A DNA stretch of 36,759 nucleotides, taken from IMG/VR virus record IMGVR_UViG_3300010366_000028, positions 1-36,759 of that record; one strand, given 5' to 3'. This DNA is from a virus. Lineage: Duplodnaviria; Caudoviricetes. Below are positions 1 through 10,857 of the stretch, in pieces (the first letter of the stretch is position 1; each line of letters starts with the position of its first letter). The translations under genes and the position numbers were made by a program. The notes under the pieces were generated by a model, which was given only the letters and a program-made list of their open reading frames with translations, had not been told where the DNA came from and ran no database searches.

Positions 1-123
1 GGCCGAGGGCGCGCTGGCGGCGATCGGGCTTGAGCCCTGGTTGCGCGCCACGCCCAAGTTCGGCGTCCAGCAGCGCGCGCGCTCGTCGGGCATGGGCAAG
101 CGCATCGGCTCGGACATCCTGAA
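1..123. repeat. Terminal direct repeat, identical to 36637-36759 (circular assembly overlap or terminal redundancy)
   Basis: GGCCGAGGGCGCGCTGGCGG...GGACATCCTGAA matches base for base at both ends, and a reading frame continues across the join. Confidence 0.95.
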
Positions 124-793
124 GTTCCTGAGCGGCGACCAGATCGCGGTAGGGCCGGTCCACCCGATCACCTGGAAGGACGCCAACGCGCTCCTCTATC
201 CCGAGGACCAGGCCATGGAGCAGCGGCGGGCCGAGGGGCTGACGCGGGCCGTGCGCGATCCGCGCCTGGCCATGGCGATCCAGAACGTCGCCACCCGCGC
301 GCTCACCTATCTGCAGGGGAAGCTGCCACGGATCGTGATCCAGTCGCTCGCCGGCGACCGGACCGTGAAGCCATCGGCGCTCGACTGGGCTCGGTTTCGG
401 GACGTCTGGGAGGTGGCCAGCAATCCGGAGGTGGTGCTGCGCGCGCTCGCCGAGGGCTCACTTACGCCTGACCAGGTGGAGACCGTGCAGGCGCTCTACC
501 CCTCCCTGTACTCGGCCATCACGCAAGAGGCGGTCAACCAGGTGATCACCATGCGCGCCAAGCGGGCGCGATGGACGCTGAGCCCGGTCAAGGAGCGCCT
601 ACTGGCCACGCTCCGCCAGATGGAGGCGGGGAAGCTGGAGCTGGGCGCGGATATCCAGGCGCTCTACGCGGGCAAGGGAGTCTCTGGCCAGCCCGCTCCG
701 GGCCCGGCACCTCCGCCGAGCTCGAAGAGCCTCAAGACCAACACGGCGTCGCGCGAAACGCCTGGTCAGCGCGCCGAGGAGCCAGTGATGTAA
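1..793 (+). CDS. 3' part of a hypothetical, probably virion-associated protein that starts at GTG 36590 across the circular junction (279 aa in total)
   Basis: The frame of ORF 41..793 is open back through the repeat to GTG at 36590 ([37 protein letters not shown]...). It is preceded by the CGTAAC-N4-GGCAC motif. Confidence 0.75.
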   Translation, partial: AEGALAAIGLEPWLRATPKFGVQQRARSSGMGKRIGSDILKFLSGDQIAVGPVHPITWKDANALLYPEDQAMEQRRAEGLTRAVRDPRLAMAIQNVATRALTYLQGKLPRIVIQSLAGDRTVKPSALDWARFRDVWEVASNPEVVLRALAEGSLTPDQVETVQALYPSLYSAITQEAVNQVITMRAKRARWTLSPVKERLLATLRQMEAGKLELGADIQALYAGKGVSGQPAPGPAPPPSSKSLKTNTASRETPGQRAEEPVM

Positions 794-939
794 TGCCGCT
801 GATCGACTCCGCCACTAAGAAGGCGCTGCACGAGAACATCCGCCGCGAAATAGACGCAGGCCGGGATCCCAAGCAGGCAGCCGCGATCGGCTACTCGATG
901 CAGCGGCGGGCGAAGAAAAAGAAGCGCAGCGGCTACTAG
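793..939 (+). CDS. Small basic conserved phage protein (48 aa)
   Basis: TAATG overlap with the upstream stop. [35 protein letters not shown] resembles a widespread small phage family (MPL...ENI..E...G....QA.AIA.S). Confidence 0.7.
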   Translation: MPLIDSATKKALHENIRREIDAGRDPKQAAAIGYSMQRRAKKKKRSGY

Positions 940-2588
940 AGCCCGAACAGGGCGCGGGCCGTGTTCACACCGTGCGCCGCCCCGCCCACTACGTCGGCAG
1001 CGCGCTCCTTCAGGTTCCCCTCGCGAATCGTGTCGGCCATCTTGACGGCGGAGATCAGAGGGACCCCCTTCTCGACCAGGCCCAGCACCAGCTTGGCGAC
1101 CTCAGAGTCGCCCTCGTTGCGGAGGGCACTCAGCGCGGCTCGGTTGGCAGCGCCGCCGATGATCTGCTTGGCGGGCTTGGCGATGAGTCCACCAGCCACC
1201 GAGGCGGCGGCCGTGACCGGGCTGTGCGCCAGTAGCGCGAGCGTAGCGGCAGCGCTACCGGCACCGTGGCCCAGGTTGAAGTGGAAGCCCTTGCTGCCCT
1301 CGGCCTTCGCGGCCAGGCGGTCACGGAGGGAGTTGGCGGTCGCGATATCCTGATCGATGGTCGTCAACGCGGTCGCCGCCCTGCGCGCCTCGGCCCCACC
1401 CTCGCTGCCGACCGCCTCGATGTGCTTGGCCAGGTAGTCCGCCAGGAACTGCCGCACCTCGGGGTCCTTCTCGCGCGACACGAGCTCGCGGAGATCCTTG
1501 GTCGGCGTAACAGCGTGCTGAAGGTCATCCACGCGGCGGCCCAGCTGGCCATCCGCCTCCACGAGGCGGCTCGTCTTCCAGCGGTCGCCAATGTCGCGGG
1601 CAGCATCGCGGAACTTCTTAACCTCGGGCCCCATGCGAGGCTGCTTATCCAGCTGATTGGCATGCGCCTCCATGGCGTCCACCAGCTCGTTAGTCTTGAA
1701 GCCTCCGCTGCCGTTCTCGGCGCGGTAGTCGCCCAGCGCCCCGACGCCCTCCCGGTCGATCGTGTCGAGGTGCGGGCGCGCGGACTCGTCCATGGCCTTG
1801 ACCCGCTTCTCGAGAATCTGGGCTCCCTTTTTCGGTCCCCTCGTGAGCGCGTCGGCGACATCGTTGTCCCGCCTCACCAGCTCTTCGGCCGCCGCCGCCT
1901 CGTCCTCGCTCAGGTTCTTGATCGCCCCGACGACTCGCTTGGGAGCCCCGCGGGTCAGGAGGCGCGCGCCGCCGGTCAGGGCGGTCCCAGTAACCGCGCC
2001 AGCCACTCCCTGCTTGGCCGCCTCCTCCGCAGCCTCTCCGGCGCTCTTGCCGTGGGAGAACGCCTCGCCAGCGCCGGTCGCGGCCCCATAACCGAATCCC
2101 GATGTCGCCGCCTTGGCCAGCGGCGCGGCTCCCCGCATGAACCCCACCTCGGGGATCGCGGCAGCCTCGCCTACGCCGCGGACCAGGGCCGTGGAGGTAG
2201 TCGCCAGGGGATGCTGCTCGCGGGCCTGGTCCAGAGCGGCCGCTCGTCCCGCGCGGCGCTGCTCGAACGTGAGAGCGCGCTCCTCGGGGGTGTAGAGGCC
2301 ACGAATGCCTGGAATCTTGGTGGCCAGCGTGTCGGTCGCGGCCCCGAAGATCGGACCGAGCCCGAAGACGTTGGAGCCCTCGCGCGCGATGGCGTCGATG
2401 ACGCCGCGGTCCTCAGGAGGCTTGGGGGCCTCGGGCCCGAGCAGACCCAGCTTGCGCGCCTGGTCTGGCGTCAGGGTCTCAGGCAGATCACCCGCGGCAG
2501 GGGTCGGCGTAGGCGCAGCCGCCGGGATCAACCCCAGCTTTTGAGCCTGCTCGGGGGTTAGCGTTTCGGGCAAATCGTCGGCCGCCAT
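936..2588 (-). CDS. Putative internal virion (ejection) protein, 550 aa
   Basis: Last gene of the virion operon, Ala/Gly-rich and helical, with an N-terminal repeat DLPETLTP(E/D)QA.KLGL x2. Podovirus synteny. Confidence 0.65.
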   Translation of the reverse strand: MAADDLPETLTPEQAQKLGLIPAAAPTPTPAAGDLPETLTPDQARKLGLLGPEAPKPPEDRGVIDAIAREGSNVFGLGPIFGAATDTLATKIPGIRGLYTPEERALTFEQRRAGRAAALDQAREQHPLATTSTALVRGVGEAAAIPEVGFMRGAAPLAKAATSGFGYGAATGAGEAFSHGKSAGEAAEEAAKQGVAGAVTGTALTGGARLLTRGAPKRVVGAIKNLSEDEAAAAEELVRRDNDVADALTRGPKKGAQILEKRVKAMDESARPHLDTIDREGVGALGDYRAENGSGGFKTNELVDAMEAHANQLDKQPRMGPEVKKFRDAARDIGDRWKTSRLVEADGQLGRRVDDLQHAVTPTKDLRELVSREKDPEVRQFLADYLAKHIEAVGSEGGAEARRAATALTTIDQDIATANSLRDRLAAKAEGSKGFHFNLGHGAGSAAATLALLAHSPVTAAASVAGGLIAKPAKQIIGGAANRAALSALRNEGDSEVAKLVLGLVEKGVPLISAVKMADTIREGNLKERAADVVGGAAHGVNTARALFGL

Positions 2589-2591
2589 CGG

Positions 2592-4376
2592 CTAGCCCTT
2601 CACAAGATGGTAGTTCCCGTCGGCCCCCAGCTCATAGTGGCCCTTGCCATGGCCGCTGATTGGGATCGTCTGGGGCGTCGCAGGGGCGGCTGCCTTCGGT
2701 GCGGCGGGCGCGGCAGGCGCTGGGACCTCGGCCTTCGTCTTGCCGCGCGCAGGGATCCCCTCCTCGTTGCCGCCATAGCCGCTCATGCCCGCGAAGTGCC
2801 GCTTCTCCAGGTCCGCGTAGTAGGGCGAGTCGCTGAACCCCTCTTTAAACTCCTCGTACTTCTCGCTGCCCAGGCGCTGCAGCTCCGCGTAGGTCGCTTT
2901 GAGCGCCTCCTTGACGTTGGCTTTGGTGGTGTCGCCCCAGCCGCCGGTGTCGCCGCTCTCCAGGCGATCCTGAAACTTCCCTTTGAGCCCACCGAGGTGG
3001 CTCCCAAATTGGGCATAGGCTCCCTGGGTCACGGTGCCGCCGCCGCGCGCGGCGATGATCATCTTGTCGAGGACCTGCTGCTGGATCGCCGGATCCGTGG
3101 GGTGCTCATCCAGGAGCCGCATGGAGGCGCGCAGCTCCTCTTGGCCCTTCTTGATCTTGTAGAGCCCTTCTTTGTCGGCCCAGGTCTTGGCCTCGTTGGT
3201 GGCCAGCCGGCGATCCTGCAGGGCGAGACGCCTCTCGGCGAGGTCGGCACCCTTGCCGTGGGCCGCGAGCTGCTTGTTTAGCATCGCGCGCTGGTTGGCC
3301 TCGCGCGCCTTCGCCTCGCGCTCGCGCTCCGCCATCTCCTCCTGGCGCGAGTGGATCTTCTCGTCGTACTCGGACTCCTTCTGCAGGGCGTGCAGGTAGG
3401 TCTCGTTGCTCTGGATCTCGGCGGCGGACATCCCGCGCCGCTCCAGCTCCGCCTTGGTCTCCTGAGCGATCGTCTTCCAGCGAGCCGCAAACAGGGCGTC
3501 GTTGTCGTTCTGGGCCGCGCGGTGGTTCGCCTCCATGTCCTGCATCCCGTAGCGGGCCTCCAGGACGTCCTCTTTCGCGGCGGCGACCTTGGCCTGCTTG
3601 CGCCGGTAGTCGTCCTCCATCATCTGGTCGAGCGCGATCAGCCCCTGGTTCCGGGCCTGGCCCACCTGCCCGATCTTCGCCGCCCCAGCGTTCTGCAGCC
3701 CCTGCCCGATTGAGCCCAGGGCGATCATCAGCGCGGCCCAGACCCTGTCGCCGGTCCCTTTCCCCTCGAAATAGCCCTTGGTGAGGTCCTTCTCCGCCTC
3801 CTGATGCGCGAGCTTGCGTGCCTCCATGGCGGAGGTCCGCTCAGCGCGGTCCTTGGCGCGGCTCTCAGCCGCGACCTGGGCGGCAGCGGTCTCCTGGTCC
3901 TGAAGGGCCTTCTCCTTATCGGCCTGCTTGATCTTCGCCTGGGCCGCGATCTTGGCCAGGTCCGTCTTGTGCTGGTCGACCTCCCCCTCGTAGGCGGTCA
4001 GCTTGCGGTGGTAGTCGATGTCGTTCTGGACATCGACCTTGGGGTCGCCGGTCTGCTTGGGCGGGGTGGGCGGGGGCCCTAGCGGCTTGAGGACAATTTC
4101 CTGCTCCTCGGGCTTCCCGCCGCCAGGGGGGACTTCGCCGGTCGGCCCGGGAGCCGTAGGCGTGGGGGCCAGCTCGGGGCCTGGCGGCGCGAGCTCGTCC
4201 CCCTGGGGGGTAGGGGCCAGGCTGGGCGTCGGTACGCCTACGGGCGGCTCAGCGGCCTGGGCGGGGGTCACGAACTGGGGCGTCTGGAGGGCGTCCGCGT
4301 TCTCCTCGTCCTCCGGCCGGATCAAGTCGGGCAGGGGCCCCGCGACGTCGCTAGGGTCCATCCCGTAGGTCGCCAT
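2592..4376 (-). CDS. Putative internal virion (ejection) protein, coiled-coil, 594 aa
   Basis: Pro-rich N-terminus, long coiled-coil and a hydrophobic helix (WAALMIALGSIGQGL). Lies after the pilot protein. Confidence 0.65.
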   Translation of the reverse strand: MATYGMDPSDVAGPLPDLIRPEDEENADALQTPQFVTPAQAAEPPVGVPTPSLAPTPQGDELAPPGPELAPTPTAPGPTGEVPPGGGKPEEQEIVLKPLGPPPTPPKQTGDPKVDVQNDIDYHRKLTAYEGEVDQHKTDLAKIAAQAKIKQADKEKALQDQETAAAQVAAESRAKDRAERTSAMEARKLAHQEAEKDLTKGYFEGKGTGDRVWAALMIALGSIGQGLQNAGAAKIGQVGQARNQGLIALDQMMEDDYRRKQAKVAAAKEDVLEARYGMQDMEANHRAAQNDNDALFAARWKTIAQETKAELERRGMSAAEIQSNETYLHALQKESEYDEKIHSRQEEMAEREREAKAREANQRAMLNKQLAAHGKGADLAERRLALQDRRLATNEAKTWADKEGLYKIKKGQEELRASMRLLDEHPTDPAIQQQVLDKMIIAARGGGTVTQGAYAQFGSHLGGLKGKFQDRLESGDTGGWGDTTKANVKEALKATYAELQRLGSEKYEEFKEGFSDSPYYADLEKRHFAGMSGYGGNEEGIPARGKTKAEVPAPAAPAAPKAAAPATPQTIPISGHGKGHYELGADGNYHLVKG

Positions 4377-5806
4377 CAGGCTGCCTTCCGGCTGCGACGG
4401 AGGGCTTGGGCCGACATGGCCAGCGCCGCGCCCAGGGCATTGCCGACGTCGAGCCGCAGCCGCCCGTCGCCGCCCCGGTCAACCATGGCGCGCCCAGCGG
4501 GCCCGCCGCGGAGGGCGTCCTGCGCCATGATCCCCACCCGCGGCCCCGGGGCCGCCCCAGGTACGGAGGTGTCCCGATACCGGAACGTGAACCCCTCCAG
4601 GGCGTCCGCCAGGCGGTCCAGGTTGGCGGGCGCGATGTCCGTCTTCTCGCGGACATCCGAGAGGGCCTTAATGACCCCAGGGGCCGCGCCGACGATCCCC
4701 CCGGCAAACTGCAGCTTGGCCGCCTCGTCCTTGGCCTGGGCGTCGGCAATCGCCTTGGCCGCGTCCAGCGAATACCCCTGGGCCTGCAGCTGCGCCATCA
4801 GCAGGTCGTGGCGGTCTTGCTGGTTCAGCTGGGCCTGGGCGGTCGACAGGTCCTGCTCGTTGCCGCGGATCCCGGCCAGCGCCCCGGTCAGCTGCTGGCG
4901 GGCGGTCGCCTGCTCCTGGGCGCGGAGAGCGCCCGCGTCCTCCCGGGCCTTGGCCGCGACATCCTGGGCCCCCATCTGGGCCCGCCGCAGGACCGAGCCC
5001 GGCGAGTGCCCGCCCTGCAGAGCCGCCGCCAGGCCGAACTGCTGCGCGCCCGCGCGCGCGGCCATGTTGCGTCCCTGGATCTCGGCGGCTGAGGGGACGT
5101 TGCCGGTCGCCGCGTCCTGGAGCCCGGTTAGGTTCTGGAACTGCAGCCGCCGAGCGGCGTCGATGAAGTCGGGGCCAGTCGGCTGCCCGGACCCGCCAGG
5201 CCCAGCCCCAGGCGGCGCAGCGGCCCCGGTAGGAGTACCACGAAACGCGGACTGGCCGGTCGGGCCCGGGGCCACATCACCCTGCGCGGGCTGCACGTTG
5301 GGGCCTCCAGGCGCAGGGTTAGTGCCCGCCGGAAACGGCGTCCCACGCTGCTGGGTCATCGTGGTCGCGCCCGCTGGGGGATGAGCGGGCGGCGGTGCCA
5401 TCGGGCCCATGGCCATGGGCGGGGCCGCCGCAGGCGGAGGCGCGGTGGACGGAGGGACAGCGGTCGACGCGGGCCCATACCCAGCGCCTACGGCACCGCC
5501 CCGCTCGATCTGGTTGGTGATGCGCCCGCGCTCCTGGCCATAATTGCTGGATAGCTGGCCCAGCTGCCTTTGCTGATCGGAAAGCCCGGCCGTATCAGGA
5601 CCGCCGAACAGCCCGCCGATCGCGCCGCCTACCTTCTTGGCGTCCTCGGCATACGAGCCGAGGGTCGACTGGCCGGTGATGTCCTTGACCGCCTGGCCCG
5701 GGTCGTACGAGAGGAGGCTCTTGCCGGCCCGGAGCGTGGGCGACCAGAGCGGCATCGCGTAGTCGAAGGCCTTGCCAAGATCGAAATCGAAGGGGATCCC
5801 AGCCAT
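4376..5806 (-). CDS. Pilot/ejection protein with C-terminal peptidase S74 (intramolecular chaperone)-like domain
   Basis: Gln/Ala/Gly-rich body, then SDVREKTDI...FTFRYRD...VGIMAQD, the S74 autocleavage signature (SD.R.K..I). Confidence 0.7.
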   Translation of the reverse strand: MAGIPFDFDLGKAFDYAMPLWSPTLRAGKSLLSYDPGQAVKDITGQSTLGSYAEDAKKVGGAIGGLFGGPDTAGLSDQQRQLGQLSSNYGQERGRITNQIERGGAVGAGYGPASTAVPPSTAPPPAAAPPMAMGPMAPPPAHPPAGATTMTQQRGTPFPAGTNPAPGGPNVQPAQGDVAPGPTGQSAFRGTPTGAAAPPGAGPGGSGQPTGPDFIDAARRLQFQNLTGLQDAATGNVPSAAEIQGRNMAARAGAQQFGLAAALQGGHSPGSVLRRAQMGAQDVAAKAREDAGALRAQEQATARQQLTGALAGIRGNEQDLSTAQAQLNQQDRHDLLMAQLQAQGYSLDAAKAIADAQAKDEAAKLQFAGGIVGAAPGVIKALSDVREKTDIAPANLDRLADALEGFTFRYRDTSVPGAAPGPRVGIMAQDALRGGPAGRAMVDRGGDGRLRLDVGNALGAALAMSAQALRRSRKAA

Positions 5807-5812
5807 ACCCCC

Positions 5813-5827
5813 GTGCCGCGAGTTACG
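5813..5827 (-). promoter_or_regulatory. Late-gene motif CGTAAC-TCGC-GGCAC
   Basis: Exact consensus match 6 nt upstream of ATG 5806, overlapping the TAA stop of the upstream gene. Confidence 0.7.
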
Positions 5828-8792
5828 TAAGGCGCGCCGTCGGGGCGTACAGCTTACGCAGGCCCTGCTTGATCCCTACGATCAGCGAGATGCCAGTGAC
5901 GGCCATGGCGGAACTGTCCCCAGTTGCCACCTCAAACATCACCAGCTGGAAGCTGGAGACCTTCTCGATGCGGGGCCGGAGCTCCCAGGCCCACACCACC
6001 TCGGTGGCTTGCATGAGCCGCGATTTATTGATCCCGACATCGGTGTCGGCGTCTCCGTTAATGAACATCGAGACGTGGATCGTGTGGTCCTGGCGGGTGA
6101 GCCCCACGCCCTGGATCCGGTACAGGCGCTCGTATCCGCCTACCTGAGCCATCGAGACCCAGGGGGTCGAAAGCCCCATCGTGTAGATGGCAGCGCCCTC
6201 CAGATACGAGCTGTTCGACTCGGCGTAGACTGCGCCGTTCCAGTACGCGCCCAGGTCCCGCCAGACGGTGGCGGTGTTGGCAGGCTGCAGCTCGTAGACC
6301 GACCAGGCCCAGGAGACATAGTCGAGGACCAGCGTGAAGCCCGCGATGCTGTAGAGGCGGACCTGGTTCTGTTGGGCGATGTTGACCGCCGCCGAGATCT
6401 GGAGCGCGTTGTAGAGGTCGCGCAGCGGCTGCCCGATCTGGGTGGTGCCAGGGATCGGCGAGCTGACCGACAGGCCGCGGTCGAGCATCTGGTAGCTGCT
6501 GCCCCCCTTGAAGATCACGCCGTGCATGAACGTGACGACCGACTGGGGGTTCTCGGTCCCGATGCCGATGGCGACGGTGGCAATGTTGAACCCACCGTTA
6601 CCAGCAGCGTCCGGACCATCGCCGCTAATGACATAGATCCGGCCCTTCTTGAAGACGACCACGCGGTCGTCGAGCGCGGCCAGGGCCGTGATGGGCGTGG
6701 CGTCGACCTCGCGCAGGTTGATAACAGTGTCCTCCGAGAAGCGCGGCCCCTGTCCATCTACGAACAGCGTGGAGGGCCACAGCCGGGTTGGGTCGCCAGC
6801 ATCGACGATCCACAGGCGGTTCAGGGCGTTCAGGACCAGCGAGGTCGGCGGCAGGGCGTCTGCCTGCAGGATCCCGCCCTCGGTGTAGAGGGGCAGTGCG
6901 CTCGCGATGTCGGAGTCTGCCCGGCTGTCAGTGATGGTCCCGCTGGTGGCGTTGATCGAGTTGGCCTGCTGGGTAATGAGCGTCAGCTCCTCCGATTCGT
7001 TGGCCGCGGATCGGTAGATCTCGATCGAGAGCGTCGACGGATCCCAGCCGGACAGGTTCAGGTACTTAAAGACGATGTCGACATGGCCGTCGCCGCCGCC
7101 GAGAGTCACATCGAAGGGGAGCGATGGGGCCGAGCGCCAGACGTTGCCGTTGTTATCCCGCCGCACGAACACGGTCTGGTAGCGATAGGTCGCCCCAGCA
7201 GTCATGCTGCCGAGCGCCCCGGGCGTGATCGAGATGATCTCCGGCGCGTAGGGGAAACCGACCTCTCCGTAGTTTTTCCCGTCGAACTGGCAGAGCTGGC
7301 CGCCGGTGGCCACGAACAGCGAGTCGATCGCCTCGACGGGCCGCCCGACCGGTGCAACGGTGCCTGAGACCGGATAGCTGAGGGTCAGCGTGCTGGCCCC
7401 GCGAATGAGGTCGACGGAGCTGGCCACCGCCTCGACCTCGGTCACGTCCGTCAGCGCGATCATGAAGCTGTTCGAGCTGGATGCTGCCTGCGACTGATAG
7501 CCTCGGCCCGGCGGATAGGCCGATTCACGGTAGGCCGTGGCGAGCGGCGCGGGATAGGTGCCGGTCGGCCAATCGGGCCGGACCGCAAACAGGCTGTCGC
7601 CTGCCCAGATGAGAATGTTGACCGAGCCCTGCTTCCACGCCTTGCTGGCGAGCTTGGCCCACTTGTAGATCATGGTCCCGGTGCCGCTGATGCCTTTCCA
7701 GATTTGAGGGACCGTGCCGACGGCGTCGATGTACTCCCAGACCGCCTCGATGGTCGCGGCACCCGTGGACGTGTTGTAGGCGGTCGCGCCGTTGTTAGTG
7801 GCGGTCTTGGCCTCCGCGCCCGCGTACAGCACCGTCGTCGTTACGGCCTGTTGGTTGCCGCCCGAGGTGGTCAGGTTGAAGTGGGAGCGAGCGCCGTTGG
7901 TGGTGTCGAACGAGACGATGCTGCGGGCGGTGCCACCGCCGAAGTTCAGGACGTACGTGAACATCAGGTTAGGCACGACCGTCGCGGCGGCAGCGTCCTT
8001 GACCGTGTAGGTCGTGAAGGCCAGGCCGCTCGTGACCAGCGTTTCCAGCAGGTTGCCGCCAGCGTCCTTGAACGCGACCGCAAACCCGCCGCCGGTCGTG
8101 GTCGTGGCGTCAAACACCGGATCGACAGCCAGGGCGGACAGGATCGTCTCCGTCGGCGTGGTGCCGATGGTCGACAGGTTGAAGTCGACCATCGTGAGCC
8201 CGGTCGCCCCGATCGTGAGTCCGATGGCGTGGCCCGAGATGAACACGCAGTGCGGGTGGGTGGTGCCAGCTTTCTCGTAGGTCTGCACCTTCTGGCCGCT
8301 GACCTGGTCGATCAGATCAAAGACGGAGTTTCCCGGGCCCCGCTCATAGCCGACCAGGATGTAGCCAGAGCCGATGGCCACGTCCGAGCCGACGTAGACC
8401 GAGCTGACCAGGGAGCCGCTGCGGTTGATCGGCGTCTCGGTCGTTGCCACGGGTCCATCGAGCCCCGACCGCACGGTGCCGCCGGTCCCAGACGCGGCCC
8501 ACTTCTGGGCGTCCGGCGAGTACACCGCGATGGGGGTCCCGCCGCTATAGCCGATCGAGGTGAGCGCCTCCTTGTAGGTGGCCAGCTGCCAGGACGTGGA
8601 GATGGTCCCGCCAGCGGTGGTCGTGTTGACCAGGGCGGTCGCGCCCTTGCGCTTGACGATCTGCCCCGTCCGGTCGATGTAGGCGTTGAGCAGGCCCAGC
8701 GTCCCCTCGCCGATGGGCAGCACCAGATCGGCGTAGTCGCGCCGCAGCCCTTTGCCGAGGGGGACGAAGACGGTCGACTTGCCGAGGGGCAT
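5823..8792 (-). CDS. Tail nozzle/stabilisation protein (P22 gp10 / T7 gp12-like), ~990 aa
   Basis: Large beta-rich protein with N-terminal N....TGQIVKRKG and C-terminal beta-propeller-like repeats (ITALAALDDRVVVFK...IYVISG). Follows the adaptor. Confidence 0.75.
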   Translation of the reverse strand: MPLGKSTVFVPLGKGLRRDYADLVLPIGEGTLGLLNAYIDRTGQIVKRKGATALVNTTTAGGTISTSWQLATYKEALTSIGYSGGTPIAVYSPDAQKWAASGTGGTVRSGLDGPVATTETPINRSGSLVSSVYVGSDVAIGSGYILVGYERGPGNSVFDLIDQVSGQKVQTYEKAGTTHPHCVFISGHAIGLTIGATGLTMVDFNLSTIGTTPTETILSALAVDPVFDATTTTGGGFAVAFKDAGGNLLETLVTSGLAFTTYTVKDAAAATVVPNLMFTYVLNFGGGTARSIVSFDTTNGARSHFNLTTSGGNQQAVTTTVLYAGAEAKTATNNGATAYNTSTGAATIEAVWEYIDAVGTVPQIWKGISGTGTMIYKWAKLASKAWKQGSVNILIWAGDSLFAVRPDWPTGTYPAPLATAYRESAYPPGRGYQSQAASSSNSFMIALTDVTEVEAVASSVDLIRGASTLTLSYPVSGTVAPVGRPVEAIDSLFVATGGQLCQFDGKNYGEVGFPYAPEIISITPGALGSMTAGATYRYQTVFVRRDNNGNVWRSAPSLPFDVTLGGGDGHVDIVFKYLNLSGWDPSTLSIEIYRSAANESEELTLITQQANSINATSGTITDSRADSDIASALPLYTEGGILQADALPPTSLVLNALNRLWIVDAGDPTRLWPSTLFVDGQGPRFSEDTVINLREVDATPITALAALDDRVVVFKKGRIYVISGDGPDAAGNGGFNIATVAIGIGTENPQSVVTFMHGVIFKGGSSYQMLDRGLSVSSPIPGTTQIGQPLRDLYNALQISAAVNIAQQNQVRLYSIAGFTLVLDYVSWAWSVYELQPANTATVWRDLGAYWNGAVYAESNSSYLEGAAIYTMGLSTPWVSMAQVGGYERLYRIQGVGLTRQDHTIHVSMFINGDADTDVGINKSRLMQATEVVWAWELRPRIEKVSSFQLVMFEVATGDSSAMAVTGISLIVGIKQGLRKLYAPTARLT

Positions 8793-8819
8793 CACCCCGT
8801 GCCGCGCGTACGATTGGGC

Positions 8820-9557
8820 TCAGACGTATCCGTACTTTGCGCCGGTCGTTCGGTTGTAGTCGCAGACGATGTCGGCGTCGGCGCGCGCGAAGTCGAGGAT
8901 CCGGACGCTGGCCACCATGGCGTTGTTATTGGCCCCGCCCGAGAACCCGCCAACGCGGGTGCGGCCCCCTCCCGTTGCAGCGCTGGTCGTGGGCAGCGTC
9001 GCCACCTTGACGCCGTTGATCCAGAGGTCGATGTTGAAGTTGCCACCACCGCTGGATTGCCGCCGCACCGCCAGGTGGTTGAGGCGGAGGCGCGGGCCGA
9101 TGTCGACGGGCCCCGGGAAAGCTGTGTTGATGGCGAAGTCGGCCCAGGACCACCCGGTGTTGCCGTAGTAGATGGCGTATCCGAGCGTGTCGTACTGGAC
9201 GAAGGTCTGAACCGTGGTGGCGAAGATGTCGTTTCGGGTCCGGTACAAAAACTCGATGGTCATCTCGCCAGGCAGATCAAACGCCGACACGTTGGGCGCG
9301 ATCAGGTCGTTGCCAGCGGCATGGAAGTCATAGCCCATGATCGACGTCCCGAACGTGTCGAGCGTGGCGTAGACCGCACTGCCCGAGACGAGCGCCAGAT
9401 CGCGCGCGTTGCCGGAGGTGTCCGCGAGTGTGCCGTTCAGCTGCCACAGGGCGACGGTGCCGCTGATGTTCGGGTGGTAGCCGATGTCGCCCAGGCGGCA
9501 GGGGTCCTGGGTGCCGCCCCACGCTGGCCCCTGGATCGCCATCCCGCCGCCGAGCAT
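8820..9557 (-). CDS. Concanavalin A/LamG-like virion protein, 245 aa
   Basis: ALWQLNGTLADTSGN, MTIEF, LWINGV, VRILDFARADADI: the typical LamG-fold pattern. Confidence 0.7.
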   Translation of the reverse strand: MLGGGMAIQGPAWGGTQDPCRLGDIGYHPNISGTVALWQLNGTLADTSGNARDLALVSGSAVYATLDTFGTSIMGYDFHAAGNDLIAPNVSAFDLPGEMTIEFLYRTRNDIFATTVQTFVQYDTLGYAIYYGNTGWSWADFAINTAFPGPVDIGPRLRLNHLAVRRQSSGGGNFNIDLWINGVKVATLPTTSAATGGGRTRVGGFSGGANNNAMVASVRILDFARADADIVCDYNRTTGAKYGYV

Positions 9558-10147
9558 CAGGAGAATCTCGCGCGAGCCGTGCTGAACGAGGCGATCACCT
9601 GAATGGCATAGGTGGTCCCGCTGGCGTTGCTGAAGTTCAACGAGATGTCGCCGCCTGAGGTAGCAGCCGCCAGCGTGAAGCCAGCCCCGTAGGTGTGGCA
9701 GACCGTGTCTGGGATCAGGTGCGTGGCCAGGGCCGCCGCGTTCACGGACACGCGAATGAACTGCGTCTCCGAGAAGATCACCGTCCCATCAACAGCCCAG
9801 GCGGTGGCGGTGGCGGTCACCCAGTAGTGGTGGCCTGCATCGAGCGCGACCGTGGTGATGTGCGTGGTCCCGTTGGCCAGCAGATCCGACTCCTGGACCG
9901 ATGGCACCAGCTCCTGGACCACGCCCTCGCCGCTGCCCGCGAAGCCCGCCGAGCCCGACCACACGGTCTCGCCATCGGGGCCCAGCACCAGCACCTGCCC
10001 GCCGTCGCCGGTCTCGGGGCGGCCCACGAAGGCCTGGGTGAGCGAGTCGAAGCTGCGGCGGACCGCCAGGATGATCCGGTCCAAGATCGTGCTGCCCCCC
10101 GGGCTCCCCGCCGAGACCGGAGGTCGGAACGGGACCATCTGGTTCAT
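9557..10147 (-). CDS. Hypothetical structural protein, 196 aa
   Basis: Coupled by overlaps to both neighbours in the virion operon; beta-rich. Confidence 0.65.
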   Translation of the reverse strand: MNQMVPFRPPVSAGSPGGSTILDRIILAVRRSFDSLTQAFVGRPETGDGGQVLVLGPDGETVWSGSAGFAGSGEGVVQELVPSVQESDLLANGTTHITTVALDAGHHYWVTATATAWAVDGTVIFSETQFIRVSVNAAALATHLIPDTVCHTYGAGFTLAAATSGGDISLNFSNASGTTYAIQVIASFSTARARFS

Positions 10148-10836
10148 CCGCCCCAGCCTACGTCGGTGATCGTGTGCGGGTTTTCGTCCTGGACGGCATC
10201 ATCGAGCATGTCCGCCCGCATCTCCTGCAGGCGCACGTCGAGCGTAGCGCGCGTGTCGCTCTCCTCGCGCCAGAGCCCGCGGCGGCCCGCCTGCAGCTCC
10301 AGGTACTCGACCCACCGCTCCAGGTTGGTGTCCAGGTGCCAGGCGGCGTCCGTGGGTCCCGTGGGGAGGGTGGGCGCAGGGACGTAATAAACGCGATAGT
10401 TCGCCGCCGCGATTTCCTGGGGCTGGATCTGGAGGTTGGAGCCCAGTACGTGATAGCGGCGGTTCGGGCACCAGGGGATGGCCTTGATTGGGAGACCCCA
10501 CCACGCGAACGAGTAACCCATATACGCGGCCCGCTCTTGGAAGTTGAACGGGCGGAGGGCCAGGCGGTTGAACGTGTCGGGGTCGGAGTCCACGCCCTTT
10601 ACGCGCCGGAAGGTGGGCGTCAGCGTGGTGAGGTCGAAGCTCGACGAGCTCCCGGTCAGCGTGAAGTCATGGGTGGCGTAGAACGTGTCCCGATAGGCGT
10701 TGGCCACCCAGCCGTGCAGCTCGACGATCGCGTTCTTGATGTGCCGATACCACTCGGCGTCGTCGATCTGGTCATCGTCGATCTTGTCCGCCGTCTGTTT
10801 CGCGGCGAGGATCAGGTCAGCAATTGCAACCGCCAC
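10144..10836 (-). CDS. Head-tail adaptor (tail tubular protein A-like), 230 aa
   Basis: IADLI..AKQTAD...IDDAEW..HIKNA..EL N-terminus and LQIQP...YRVYYVP motif. Position between capsid and nozzle. Confidence 0.7.
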   Translation of the reverse strand: MAVAIADLILAAKQTADKIDDDQIDDAEWYRHIKNAIVELHGWVANAYRDTFYATHDFTLTGSSSSFDLTTLTPTFRRVKGVDSDPDTFNRLALRPFNFQERAAYMGYSFAWWGLPIKAIPWCPNRRYHVLGSNLQIQPQEIAAANYRVYYVPAPTLPTGPTDAAWHLDTNLERWVEYLELQAGRRGLWREESDTRATLDVRLQEMRADMLDDAVQDENPHTITDVGWGG

Positions 10837-10857
10837 AGCGCCACCCGGGCACCGCGG

